NCBI GenBank assembly: GCA_038231275.1
Contig: JBBRLQ010000026.1
Coordinates: 1-64,000, forward strand
Length of the DNA: 64,000 nucleotides
Direction of reading: 5' to 3'
Origin: Polyangiales bacterium
GTDB taxonomy: Bacteria > Myxococcota_A > Polyangia > Polyangiales > Polyangiaceae
This document shows positions 10,172 through 19,604 of this stretch, in pieces. Within the stretch, counting starts at the first letter, position 1. Each line of letters starts with the position of its first letter. A model generated the notes under the pieces. The model was not told where the DNA came from. It saw only the letters and a program-made list of their open reading frames with translations, and made no database searches. A program made the translations under genes and the position numbers.

Positions 10172-10725
10172 TGGACGTCGGTCGACGACGGTTTCTCCTC
10201 AGCGCCGCGGCTGTGAGCGTCGCGGGATGCAGCAGCCCGTCCGCCGCCCCTTCGCAGAATCCGTGCTCGACGCCCGCGACCGGTCCCGGTCTCGGCTCGT
10301 GCCTACTCGAGAACGTCGAGCTGCGCGTCCCCGGCGCCGCGCGCCTCGCCGTGGGTCAGGTTGTTCTGATGGTGCTCACCGACAACAGCGCAGCGATCGT
10401 CGCGCGCGATGAGCTCGGGCTCTACGCGCGGAGCGCGATCTGCACGCACGCATGCTGCATCGTGAACCTGTGCGGAGATGACGCCTGCTCGTCGCCTCGC
10501 GTGAACGCAGCCTCGTGCGCGAAGCCGGCGCCGGCCGCGCTCGTGCGCTCGGGGACGGCGTTTCTCTGCCCGTGCCACGGGAGCGCCTTCGACGCGCTCG
10601 GCGCGGTCCTCTCGGGCCCTGCCTCCGGCCCGCTTCCCGCGCTCGCGGCGCGCGTCGACGGAGACGACGTGGTGGTGGACTTGTCCCGCGTCGCGGGGCG
10701 ACAAGAACGCTTCGGAGCCACGTGA
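10171..10725 (+). CDS. Tat-exported Rieske [2Fe-2S] (lipo)protein
   Basis: GRRRFLL Tat motif, VAGC lipobox, CTHACC and CPCHGSAF Rieske boxes; TGATG overlap. Confidence 0.9.
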   Translation: MDVGRRRFLLSAAAVSVAGCSSPSAAPSQNPCSTPATGPGLGSCLLENVELRVPGAARLAVGQVVLMVLTDNSAAIVARDELGLYARSAICTHACCIVNLCGDDACSSPRVNAASCAKPAPAALVRSGTAFLCPCHGSAFDALGAVLSGPASGPLPALAARVDGDDVVVDLSRVAGRQERFGAT

Positions 10726-11066
10726 CCGAGGAGCGGTCCCTCTCGCGCACGCGAGCCTGCGGACCAGAGTGGCGCGGTACCTCGCACTCACGGCGACCAT
10801 CGCCGCGGGTCGCTGTCCGTCGAGCTTCTCGGATTCGTCGCGCTGACGTTTCGGTCTGGGCGGGCTGTTCGTCGTAAACCTCGTGAGTTCGCAAGCGCGT
10901 TCGGCGACGGGTGAGCGTCCCTCACCGCCGCTGGCGATTCGCCTATGACATTCACGTCGAAGCACGCGAGTGTCCGCGTCGTGGCTCGATTCGGACACCG
11001 GCCGACCATGGGATCCGACGCCCGCGTCCTGCCTGTCCGTCCAGCTCGGAACGATGCCTAGCTTAG

Positions 11067-11568
11067 CTAGAGGAGCTTCTTCCCGTTCCCCTTGTCGTCC
11101 AACACCTCGGCCGAGTCTTGCCCCCGCGTAGTGATGTGCAGGAGGTACCCATTGCCGACGCCGCTCGATTCGTGGATGCCCATCGCCGTGTCGATCTTGA
11201 AGAGCACGCCGTTCTTCGACGCGCGCACGCTCCCGTGCTCGCCGAACGCGCCCGGATCATGGCCGAAGACGATGTGACTCACGCCCAGCGCGTCGGCCTC
11301 TTTCTGACCCGCGTTGTTGTCGTCGGGGTTGCCGTACCAGCTCTGCGCCTCGAGAATCGACTCGTTGCCGGTGATGTCGTTGTCGCCGAAGCCGTTGTGA
11401 TCGAGCCCGTTCTCGAGCTTTTTTCCGAGATCCTTGATCGACATCTTCTGCGTGTTGCCGCTGTGCGAGAAAAACCATTTCTTGATCCGCACGCCGAAGG
11501 GTAGGTCCGTCATCCACTTACCGCGCCCCCCCGCGTCGGTGCCCTTTACGAGCGACTTGGCGACCCCG
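11067..11568 (-). pseudogene. C-terminal fragment of a metallophosphoesterase (Shewanella-like phosphatase type)
   Basis: W..LP...WFFSHSG, HIVFGHDP and KIDTAM motifs present; N-terminal DxH/GD/GNHE motifs absent. Confidence 0.65.
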
Positions 11569-11925
11569 TCAATGGCATCCAGAGGGCGGCGCCTTCTGGC
11601 ACGTGCCCGTGGAGATCTGACACCACCAGCCGCCGTAGCAACCGTTCGCCCCGCAGGTGTGCTTGCTGCAGCTGTCGGTGCACCGCGAGGACACGGTCGG
11701 ACCGGCCCAATCGGTACAGGCTCCGCCGCTGTTGGCATCGGCGGCGGGTTGCCCGGGCGCCGAATCGGCGCTCGCGATGCCACCCTCGTTCGTTCTGGCG
11801 GGTCCGCTGTCTCCCGCGTCGGTGACCTCGACGATGATCACTTCGCCCACCGCACCGTTGGCGCAGCCGAATGTGGCGCCGATGGACGCGAGGAGCAGGC
11901 AAGAAAAGCGATGAGGACCGAGCAC
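11569..11925 (-). CDS. Small Cys-rich secreted protein or lipoprotein
   Basis: LLLASIGATFGC signal, DAG linker, C-terminal multi-Cys domain; GTG start uncertain. Confidence 0.6.
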   Translation of the reverse strand: MLGPHRFSCLLLASIGATFGCANGAVGEVIIVEVTDAGDSGPARTNEGGIASADSAPGQPAADANSGGACTDWAGPTVSSRCTDSCSKHTCGANGCYGGWWCQISTGTCQKAPPSGCH

Positions 11926-12511
11926 GGGCGGGTCGTGACATACCCCGCCGCCCGGGGCAAGGCCTTGGAGCGCACGAAAGGCCACTTTTGCCGCAGGCCG
12001 AACCGTTTTGTTCAACGGACCTTGGGACTCGTCGGGTCGACCATCGCGAGGATGGGCGTTCGCCCACAACCGAAACCAAAATCGCTCGGTGCCCGACAAC
12101 TCGCCGGAGGAAAACACGAGTCTCTCCTGGAAGCCGCGGCACGCTCCCTAGCGTCGAACAGCGCCCGTTTGCGCCTCTCGCGCGCTTCGCGGAGCTTCGC
12201 CCGACGTCGGCCAGCGCGCGCGCTGCCCTCCGTTCCTCCCACGGCGCCATCGCGGCGAGCGCGTCGAAGACCAAGCGGCCCGCCTTCGTAATCACGGCTT
12301 CCTTCGAGCGCAGGATCTTCTTGTTCATGGTTCACCCTGTCCTCATGTCCGCCGGTACGCGCGTACCTAATGATTCGCGGCCCCGTTGCTCGAGCCGTTG
12401 GCCGCCAGCTTCTTCGCGCTCTTCGGGCCCGCCGTGCTCGGAGGAGCGATCCGGCCGGTCCAACGTTGCACGAACGCCATGCGGCGGCCCTCTCATCGGC
12501 CGGCCGAGGTG

Positions 12512-13198
12512 CTACGCGGGCGCGTCTTCCACGACGAGCTCCTTCGACAGAAGATCGGCGGCCTTTTTGCCCATCGCTATCGTTGATTGGCGAGCCCAGA
12601 TCGCCATGGCGCCAGCACCGAGGATGGGCACGTACCGCGCGACGAACGCCTTGAGAACCTTCTGCGCGATCCTCCCGCCGAGCCACGCGATCACCCGTTG
12701 CATGACCCGTAGCGACGCGCGCTTCACGAGTAGACGGCCACCCTTGACCGCCGCGAGGCTGATCGCGCCTCCACCCGTGACCGTCGCAAAGATCGCCAGG
12801 AGCGTGTGCGAGGTGAGCTGCGCTTCCTTTTCCTGCGCGACGCTCAGGTCGTAGACCATCTGGATCTGGTTCCGCACGATGAGCGTGATTTCGGGGATGA
12901 CCGTGAGGGCGCCCCACGGTCCCGGGACCAGGTTCGCAGCACCTGCGATGAGCGCGTTCTGGTTGGCGTAGCTCGTGATCAGCGCGTCGACGTCCTTGCG
13001 GTTCGGGCGCTTGCCAGGGTTGTCCGAGAAGTGCTGCCGGCGTGTGAGGTGCACCGACTGGAACGCGACCTCCAGGTAGTCTCCGAGCTTCTTCGCGAGA
13101 GTGCCGGCCGTCTGAGCCTTGCTCGGCGGCTTTTCATCCTTCCTCCGCCTCTCGTGCTTCTTCGGCTTCTCGTCGCGCTCGTCAGTTTTCTTCGTCAT
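12512..13198 (-). CDS. EcsC-like protein
   Basis: GAANLVPG..ALTVIPEI..Q.QMVYDL...VPILGAG pattern. Confidence 0.7.
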   Translation of the reverse strand: MTKKTDERDEKPKKHERRRKDEKPPSKAQTAGTLAKKLGDYLEVAFQSVHLTRRQHFSDNPGKRPNRKDVDALITSYANQNALIAGAANLVPGPWGALTVIPEITLIVRNQIQMVYDLSVAQEKEAQLTSHTLLAIFATVTGGGAISLAAVKGGRLLVKRASLRVMQRVIAWLGGRIAQKVLKAFVARYVPILGAGAMAIWARQSTIAMGKKAADLLSKELVVEDAPA

Positions 13199-13441
13199 TG
13201 GACCCCGTACGTGCGTGAACCTTCCGCGCGTCAGCCGTCAGAATAGCGGACACTCCTTTGCGACATAGACCTCGCGGAGGGCCGGGTGCAGCATGAACGC
13301 GTCCGGGCCTCTGCGGTCGTCGCGTGGGCGGTGTCATCCTAACTCTCGAGAGGTGCCCGTACTGCGATCACCGATGCGCGCGTCGGCGCAGCATGGCCCA
13401 GCTGCTTCCCCCACGAACCAGGCGTTCGTGCGCTCGAAATG

Positions 13442-13458
13442 CTGGCATCATCTTTGCG
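13442..13458 (+). promoter_or_regulatory. Sigma-54 -24/-12 promoter candidate
   Basis: CTGGCATCATCTTTGCG (GG-N10-GC); conserved C lies 13 nt before ATG 13470. Confidence 0.55.
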
Positions 13459-13469
13459 TGATGTCGGCC

Positions 13470-14135
13470 ATGCGTCTTTACGCGGCTCTGCCGCTCTGGT
13501 TTTTGATCGCGTCGTGCGCGAGCTCTCCTCCGTCGGGACTCGACCGTTCGCTTTACACGGTCGACGTGTGCCTCGGCGGTCGCTGGGACGCGCTCGCAAA
13601 AATCACACCGGCAGATCCGGCGGGGTACTTGGAGCTCGACGTCTCGAGCTCGACTCTCGGCGGCGCCGCGCAGAAGTCCATCGAATCCAAACGCGGCGCG
13701 AGCTGCGTGACGGCCGCACAGCCGGCGACGTGCGCGAGCACCCTCGCGAACTCCAGCTCCACGACGGGCTGGCGTTCGGAGACGTGCGGCGGGGCCGGAT
13801 GCTCAACGGCGCAGCGATTTTTCGTCGCAGAAAAAGGCGGCGCGGTGTCGGTCGTCGACACCATCGAGCTCCTGCGCGCTCTCGTCGTCCCCGTCGACTC
13901 ACCGGCTGACGCTGCGCTTCTCGCCGCTTTTGCCGACGGTGCCACGGGCGGCATCGAATGCCCGGGACCGCAGGTTCTTCCGAACGCGGACGGATCGTTC
14001 GAGGTGTTCCTCGCCACCGGCGGTGCGCCATGCACCGGTCGCCACGAGTCGCGTGTGCACGTGAGCGTCGACGGAACGGCGAGGACGGTGGACACGGCAA
14101 GCATCGCCGCCACCCAAACCTGCATCTCGCCCTGA
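13470..14135 (+). CDS. Lipoprotein of unknown function with paired cysteines
   Basis: MRLYAALPLWFLIASC lipobox; VDSPADAALL motif. Confidence 0.75.
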   Translation: MRLYAALPLWFLIASCASSPPSGLDRSLYTVDVCLGGRWDALAKITPADPAGYLELDVSSSTLGGAAQKSIESKRGASCVTAAQPATCASTLANSSSTTGWRSETCGGAGCSTAQRFFVAEKGGAVSVVDTIELLRALVVPVDSPADAALLAAFADGATGGIECPGPQVLPNADGSFEVFLATGGAPCTGRHESRVHVSVDGTARTVDTASIAATQTCISP

Positions 14136-14139
14136 ACGC

Positions 14140-14389
14140 GCAATTCCAGTTCGGGGGTACTGAGGAAGCGGTGGAAGTTCGCGACGAATAGATCGAAGGA
14201 GCACGCGCGTGCGTCGCCGCTGCTCCCGCGCTACCGGTCTATGCGCGCGTCGACGGCGTGATTCAGGGTGGGCAGTTCTTGCTCATGCAGCTCGAAGTTT
14301 TCGAGCCGCTCATGTTCTTGGCTCAGCATCCTCTCGCGCCTGACCGATTCGCGCGCGCGATCCGAGGTCGGCTGGGTCCGAGCTGAAGA
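14140..14389 (+). pseudogene. Right copy of the direct repeat: duplicated, inactivated 3' fragment of the ATP-grasp gene
   Basis: 237/250 identical to 3521-3770; TGG>TAG nonsense and MELE>MQLE changes; no 5' part of the gene. Confidence 0.92.
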
Positions 14390-14589
14390 GGGCTGCACTG
14401 CACCATGGCAGGCCACGCGACGTTCGGAGTCGTGTCGATCGTCTTCGTGGTGATGGCGCTCCTCGTTCTCAAGCGCGCGCCGCGGGCGGAAGCGCCCCCG
14501 CTCGGGTCGCTCGCGCAAAGCGCGTAGACCCCGCGTGTTGCGACTCCAGGATCAGTCGCCGTGAAGCGCGACGTTCCACGGCGCTCGGC

Positions 14590-15594
14590 TCACGGGTACG
14601 TCACGAAGAGATCGCCGAGGCTCGTGCTGCTCGCAGCGGCGCGGAGCAGCGGTTCCACACCGAAGATCTCCTGCATCGTGCGGAGCGTCGAGCTATGCGA
14701 GTACTCGAGGGGGCCCGCGTACGCCGTCTTCGCGAACGGCGACAGGACGATCATCCCGAGCGGAGATTCCACCGCGCCCTCCCCCTCGTCCCACGTGATG
14801 AAGATGGCGCCGCCCGTCTTGTACGCGTCGGATGCCATCAGCTTCGGCACCTCCGCCGCGAGCCAGTCGTCGCCGTTCTTGACCTGATCGTTCGTCGCGC
14901 AGCCGAGCGCGTTGTGCATGTCGTGGCACAAATCGGGGGTGACGAAGTTGTAGGCCGCGACGGCGCCGCCGGCGGCCAGGTCCGCGGCGAGCTCGCGGTA
15001 CGGTCGAACCCGCGACCCGCAATCTCCGAAGACGTCGTCGAAGAAGATCATCGGGTTGTGCTTCGGATCGTAGAGCCCGGCGGCGACGAGCGGGCACGTC
15101 TTCCCGTCGATGCCCTCCTGGTACGACTTCCAGCTGACCTCCGCGGCGTCGAGGTAGGCCGTCAGGTGGGCGCGCGTCGTCCGGAAGTTGTACGAGGGCG
15201 GGGCGTCGTTCAGGACGCCGAGGTTGTCTCCGGCCTCGAGCCACACGTAGTTCGGCTCGCTGGGATGCGCGAGGGGTAGATAATTTTCGGCGTGCGCGCC
15301 AAGCGGGAGCAGCGTTCCGTTGATGTACGGCGCCGACGGATTGCCGACGATCTCCGACCAGTTTCGGTTCTCCATCAGGATCAGGAACACCGTCTTGATC
15401 GCATGCGACGCCCGCGCGGCGCGCGAGATCGCCGGCGACGTCGGCGTGGCGGCCTCCAGGGCGCGGTACTGCTCGCCGCCGATGGCGTCATGCGAACCCG
15501 AGCTCGTCGGTTGGATGCACGCGCCGCAGATGCACGCGGTCGCGGCGAGCATAGAGCGCGCGTCGGCCGCGATCCGTGAGCGACGCTCTCTCAT
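14590..15594 (-). CDS. Phosphoesterase-family protein (acid phosphatase/phospholipase C type), probably exported
   Basis: VFLILMENR, HPSEPNY, KHNP, TPDLCHDMH, ITWDEG and YSHSSTLRT motifs. Confidence 0.9.
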   Translation of the reverse strand: MRERRSRIAADARSMLAATACICGACIQPTSSGSHDAIGGEQYRALEAATPTSPAISRAARASHAIKTVFLILMENRNWSEIVGNPSAPYINGTLLPLGAHAENYLPLAHPSEPNYVWLEAGDNLGVLNDAPPSYNFRTTRAHLTAYLDAAEVSWKSYQEGIDGKTCPLVAAGLYDPKHNPMIFFDDVFGDCGSRVRPYRELAADLAAGGAVAAYNFVTPDLCHDMHNALGCATNDQVKNGDDWLAAEVPKLMASDAYKTGGAIFITWDEGEGAVESPLGMIVLSPFAKTAYAGPLEYSHSSTLRTMQEIFGVEPLLRAAASSTSLGDLFVTYP

Positions 15595-15834
15595 CGACGA
15601 AAGGCTGAACGAGACGGAGCCGCTCGACAAGGGGGAATTTCGAAGAGCCCAGCAGGACGGTCGCGTCGATCCAACTCGGGCATCGACCGCTCCCACGTGG
15701 CCCGCGTCCGCCAGCGCGGGCGTCTGTGGGCACGCCTTCCCGACGTGAGCGATGACGCGGCCCGCGCGGGCATTCAACGAGATGTCACCAAGCCTTCAAC
15801 CACGGATCACGCCGGACCCGTCATTCTGCAAGGC

Positions 15835-17148
15835 ATGCAAACCCGACACGTCCGGTCCTCGTGCTTCGCCGCCCTCTCCGTGGTCACCCTGGTCGCCGTC
15901 ACGGCGCGCGCCGGCTTTACCGTGTCGCTCGTCTCCGACGACGCGGACGTGGGCGTCGCCCCTTCGTTCCCCGCCGTGTGCCTTGCGCGGGTCGCGGCCG
16001 CGACGGCGATCTCGACGGCCGTGGATCCGGCGCACCCGCCCGCTGGCGCCAAGGGCCTCGTCGTCGGCTACCTCGACCCCAGCAGCGTCCCGACCTACGC
16101 GGGCTACGGCGTCGCCGTCACGTCGGCCACCGTCCCGCCCGACGAGCACACCATCTTCGGTATCGGGTCTCTCACCAAAGTCTTCACCGCCACGATGCTC
16201 GGCCTCACCGCCGTTCACGACCCCGCCGTCCTCACGACACCGGTGCCCGTCCCCGCAGGCTTCCCCAACCTCCGCCCCAACACCACCTTCACCGATCTCG
16301 CGGACCATCACGGCGGTCTGCCCAAGAACTCCGCGCGCGTCATCGATACCGTCGGCGATCTCTGGGCCGATTACACCGCTGCCCCCATCCAGTGCGATCC
16401 GACGAACCCCAACGGAGCGCACGACTGCGGATGCTGCACGACGGCGTACCAGAACCTCCTCGGCGGCACCGTCCCCGCCGCGTGCAGCTCGAACTCGACC
16501 ATCGGCTCCGTTCACTGCGCCGCTCACGGCCACACCACGGGCGCGTCCGGCTTCGTCTACTCCAACCAAGGGTTCGGCGTTCTCGGCCACGCGCTCGCCA
16601 GCCGTCTCGGCTACTCGTCCTGGCAGGGAGCCAATCACGATCTCATCACTCAGCCGCTGGGCATGAGCGACACGGTGACACGCGAGAACCTCACCGCTGG
16701 TCAAGAGGCGCGCGCCGCCAACAACTGCACAGCCGGCGGCCCGAACACCTTTTGCCAACTCCTCCCCGGGCTCCCCGTCGGCAACCCCGGCGGCGGCCTC
16801 TTCTCCACCGCGTCCGATCTCGTAACGTTCCTGCGGTACAACATGGGATCGCTCCCGCCGGCCTGCATTCCCAGCATCGTCCCGTGCGATCTCTACCGCG
16901 CGCTTCCGATCATCCACACCACGTACGAGTCCTCGAACGGCGGCAGCGTCCAGCTCGGCTGGCAGGTCACGACGATGTACGAATGTGGCCAGGCTTTCGA
17001 TCTGGTGTGGAAGGACGGCGCGAACGGCCCGTTCCGCACGTGGATGGGCTACATCCCGAGCCAGCACCGGGGCGTGGTTCTTCTCGCAAACTCCGACGCC
17101 TACGATCTCGCTCACATCGGGCAGCGCGTCCTCTTCGGCGCGCAGTAG
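15835..17148 (+). CDS. Secreted serine hydrolase (beta-lactamase class C-like)
   Basis: GSLTK (SxxK), YSN, GGLFST and WKDG motifs; N-terminal signal; Cys-rich insertion. Confidence 0.9.
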   Translation: MQTRHVRSSCFAALSVVTLVAVTARAGFTVSLVSDDADVGVAPSFPAVCLARVAAATAISTAVDPAHPPAGAKGLVVGYLDPSSVPTYAGYGVAVTSATVPPDEHTIFGIGSLTKVFTATMLGLTAVHDPAVLTTPVPVPAGFPNLRPNTTFTDLADHHGGLPKNSARVIDTVGDLWADYTAAPIQCDPTNPNGAHDCGCCTTAYQNLLGGTVPAACSSNSTIGSVHCAAHGHTTGASGFVYSNQGFGVLGHALASRLGYSSWQGANHDLITQPLGMSDTVTRENLTAGQEARAANNCTAGGPNTFCQLLPGLPVGNPGGGLFSTASDLVTFLRYNMGSLPPACIPSIVPCDLYRALPIIHTTYESSNGGSVQLGWQVTTMYECGQAFDLVWKDGANGPFRTWMGYIPSQHRGVVLLANSDAYDLAHIGQRVLFGAQ

Positions 17149-17216
17149 ATACGCGGGGCCTGCTCAGCCGCTGAGGCCTCGCTTACTTTACAAATAATCT
17201 ACCCCGCGAGTGAACG

Positions 17217-17366
17217 TCAAAGGGAGTCCCCGCGTTCACCCAACTTGCGTGAGAGGCCCTGAGTGGACTGCGTTCCCTGTCGATGAAGCACCACAGTGCC
17301 GACGAAGAACACAACCACCCAAAGCGTCGTGAAGACCCCAAACCAAAACGTCTGCGCATCAGCCAT
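17217..17366 (-). CDS. Small single-TM membrane protein (49 aa)
   Basis: MADAQTFWFGVFTTLWVVVFFVGTVVL; overlaps the upstream small gene; GGGGA RBS. Confidence 0.6.
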   Translation of the reverse strand: MADAQTFWFGVFTTLWVVVFFVGTVVLHRQGTQSTQGLSRKLGERGDSL

Positions 17367-17550
17367 TGGACTTCCCCCGCTGCGACGCCTTGGCGAAGCA
17401 CCCAAGCGATAGAATCGACGGCACCCAAACCGCGACGAACAGACCCGCTTCCTTGTTCGGCGGGCCCAGCAATCCGAACCAAAGGGCGACGGAGTACACG
17501 AACGACGCGAACGCAGGGACGAGGATGAAGTAATCCAGTTTCTTGAACAT
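17359..17550 (-). CDS. Small two-TM membrane protein (63 aa)
   Basis: MFKKLDYFIL...GLFVAVWVPSILSLG; GGAG RBS. Confidence 0.65.
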   Translation of the reverse strand: MFKKLDYFILVPAFASFVYSVALWFGLLGPPNKEAGLFVAVWVPSILSLGCFAKASQRGKSNG

Positions 17551-17659
17551 GAAACGATCTCCACGACACCGAGAGTGACAATGGTGCACACGACGTCGTC
17601 GGCGTGCTCATCTGGCTGACCCCGCACATCGTCGCCATGCGCGGGCGATCGAGGCGGGC

Positions 17660-17700
17660 GGAAGAAGACGACGGGGCGCCGATCGCTCGACGCCCCGTCG
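17660..17700 (-). terminator. Intrinsic terminator-like hairpin after the fasciclin remnant
   Basis: Perfect 10-bp stem CGACGGGGCG/CGCCCCGTCG followed on the minus strand by TCTTCTTCC. Confidence 0.55.
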
Positions 17701-17722
17701 CGGGTTCCCTGCTCGAGGCGAC

Positions 17723-17840
17723 TTAGATGCCCGGCGGGAGGAGAACCTTGTCGATGGCGTGAATGACGCCGTTGCTGTTCGGGAGGTCCGTCAGGACGAC
17801 CTTGGCTGTCGTGGCGGTGTGTCCGCCGAGGATGAAGAGG
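17723..17840 (-). pseudogene. C-terminal remnant of a fasciclin (FAS1) domain gene
   Basis: Manual translation AKVVLTDLPNSNGVIHAIDKVLLPPGI* matches the FAS1 H2 motif; in-frame stop shortly upstream and no ATG or GTG start. Confidence 0.8.
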
Positions 17841-17874
17841 GGCCCTCGTTTGCGACGGCCGCGACCAACCAGTC

Positions 17875-17911
17875 CTTTCTATCTAATTGTTGTCTAAGAT
17901 TTGTCAATGCT
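17875..17911 (-). promoter_or_regulatory. Sigma-70 promoter overlapped by three 11-bp-spaced TnnA(C/T)A repeats (CarH/CarA/LitR-type operator candidate)
   Basis: Minus strand TTGACA-aatct-TAGACA-acaat-TAGATA; AT-rich island in high-GC DNA. Confidence 0.6.
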
Positions 17912-18131
17912 TGGTCCGCCATTCCGCGCGACGGCGGCCAAACGTGTCCCGCGCGAGAATCCTTCGACATCTCAAGGGGTCTACGACTCCCGCCGCGCCG
18001 GGGGGAGAAGCGCGCGCTCGGGGAAAATCGACCAGGTGTGATGTCACATTCCGTTCGAGCGTCCTCAACCGAGCACCCCGGCAACGACGCACACCGCTCG
18101 CACCGGCAGCGTCGACCGACGCGAGCTCGAC

Positions 18132-19571
18132 ATGACCAACATTCCCTCCTCCGCCCCACCTATCTCCCCACTCGCCATCCCGGGTGCGGTCGTCGGGGGG
18201 AAATACCGGCTCGGCTCCGTCATCGGCTATGGCGGGATGGGCTCGGTGTGGTCGGCTACGCACGTCGGCGTCGAGCGCGAGGTGGCGATCAAGCTCATCG
18301 CGCTTCAGTACGCCAAGTCCGCCGACGTGCGGCGCCGCTTCGACACCGAGGCGAAGGCGGTCGCTAGCCTCAAGAGCCGGCACGTCGTGCAGGTGTACGA
18401 CAACGGCGAGCTCGCGGACGGCACGCCGTTCATCGCGATGGAGCTCTTGCGCGGCGAGTCGCTGCACGGTCGCGTCCACAAGAGGGGGCCGATGGCGCTC
18501 CCCGACGCGGTGAAGGTCATCACGCAGGTGTGCCGCGCACTGACGAAGGCGCACGCCGTCGGCATCGTGCACCGGGACATCAAGCCCGAGAACATCTTCC
18601 TCGCGCGATCGGACGACGACGACGACGAGATCGTGAAGGTGCTCGACTTCGGGATCGCCAAGCTGTCGGCGACGGGGAGTCAGTCGGCGACGCAGACGGG
18701 CGCCCTGCTCGGCACGCCGCTCTACATGAGCCCTGAGCAGGCGCGCGGGCTTCGTACGATCGACCAGAGGACGGACATCTACTCCCTCGGGCTCGTGGCC
18801 TACACGATGCTCACCGGCAACCTCGCGTTCGCTAGCGAGTCGTTCGGCGATCTGCTCCTTCAGATTTGCACCAAGCCGCTGCCGTCGCTCGTCGCCAACG
18901 CGCCGTGGTTGCCGGAGACGCTCGACGGCTGGTTCGCGAAGGTCTGCGCGCGCGAGCCGCAGGATCGCTTCGCGTCGGCGCAGGAGCTCGCCGAGGGTTT
19001 CGCCGCGGCCGCGGGAGCGAGCGTGCCGAGGTTGTCGTCCGAGCAGCGGCTCGATCCGGCGCCGCGGGGCACCGCGTTCGCGGCCACGGGGCATGCGCCG
19101 CAGGGGTTCGTGGCGACGGGGAACGCGCCGCCGCCGCGCGGCTCGGCGCCGCTGCCTCCGCTGGTGACGGCCTCGAGCCCGCAGGGGTTCGGGCAGCCGA
19201 GCCTCGTCTCGCCGATGACGATGTCCGGGCCGCTGCGGTCGGGCCCGGGGCTCGCCGTCATCTTGCTCGCGTTCGGCGGCGTCGCGCTCCTCGCGGTGGT
19301 GCTGGTCGTTGGATTTCGATGGGCCTCGGTGCGGCAAGACGCGCGGGCGGGGTCGAGCGCGGCGTCCTCGTCGGCCGCGACGCCGCCGCCCGCGCCTGCG
19401 GCATCTGCAACGTTGCCGCCGACCGAGCCCGACGATCCGCGCACCCCGCCCATCGTCGCGACGGTGCCGAACGCGAGCGCGTCTGCGCCGCCGCAGCCAT
19501 GGCGTCCGCGCCCGCCGTCGCAAGGCGCCACCAAGCCGACCGGCAAACCGAAAGTGGATCTTGGTTACTGA
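18132..19571 (+). CDS. Hanks-type Ser/Thr protein kinase with TM and Pro-rich C-terminus
   Basis: IGYGGMGSV, VAIK, HRDIKPEN, DFG and GTPLYMSPEQ motifs. Confidence 0.96.
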   Translation: MTNIPSSAPPISPLAIPGAVVGGKYRLGSVIGYGGMGSVWSATHVGVEREVAIKLIALQYAKSADVRRRFDTEAKAVASLKSRHVVQVYDNGELADGTPFIAMELLRGESLHGRVHKRGPMALPDAVKVITQVCRALTKAHAVGIVHRDIKPENIFLARSDDDDDEIVKVLDFGIAKLSATGSQSATQTGALLGTPLYMSPEQARGLRTIDQRTDIYSLGLVAYTMLTGNLAFASESFGDLLLQICTKPLPSLVANAPWLPETLDGWFAKVCAREPQDRFASAQELAEGFAAAAGASVPRLSSEQRLDPAPRGTAFAATGHAPQGFVATGNAPPPRGSAPLPPLVTASSPQGFGQPSLVSPMTMSGPLRSGPGLAVILLAFGGVALLAVVLVVGFRWASVRQDARAGSSAASSSAATPPPAPAASATLPPTEPDDPRTPPIVATVPNASASAPPQPWRPRPPSQGATKPTGKPKVDLGY

Positions 19572-19604
19572 CGGCCCCACGCACGCAACGATTTCGGGGG
19601 AAAA

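Noticed and set aside
10726..11066. 340-bp gap between convergent genes
   Set aside because: No convincing ORF, repeat or structure; likely decayed sequence.
11990..12328. Minus-strand ORF starting MNKKILRSKEAVITKAG
   Set aside because: Plausible start, but it degrades into low-information sequence and overlaps another gene; possibly a stub, not supportable.
14405..14527. 40-aa hydrophobic ORF right after the repeat copy
   Set aside because: Could be the tail of a lost membrane protein, but it is too short to assign.
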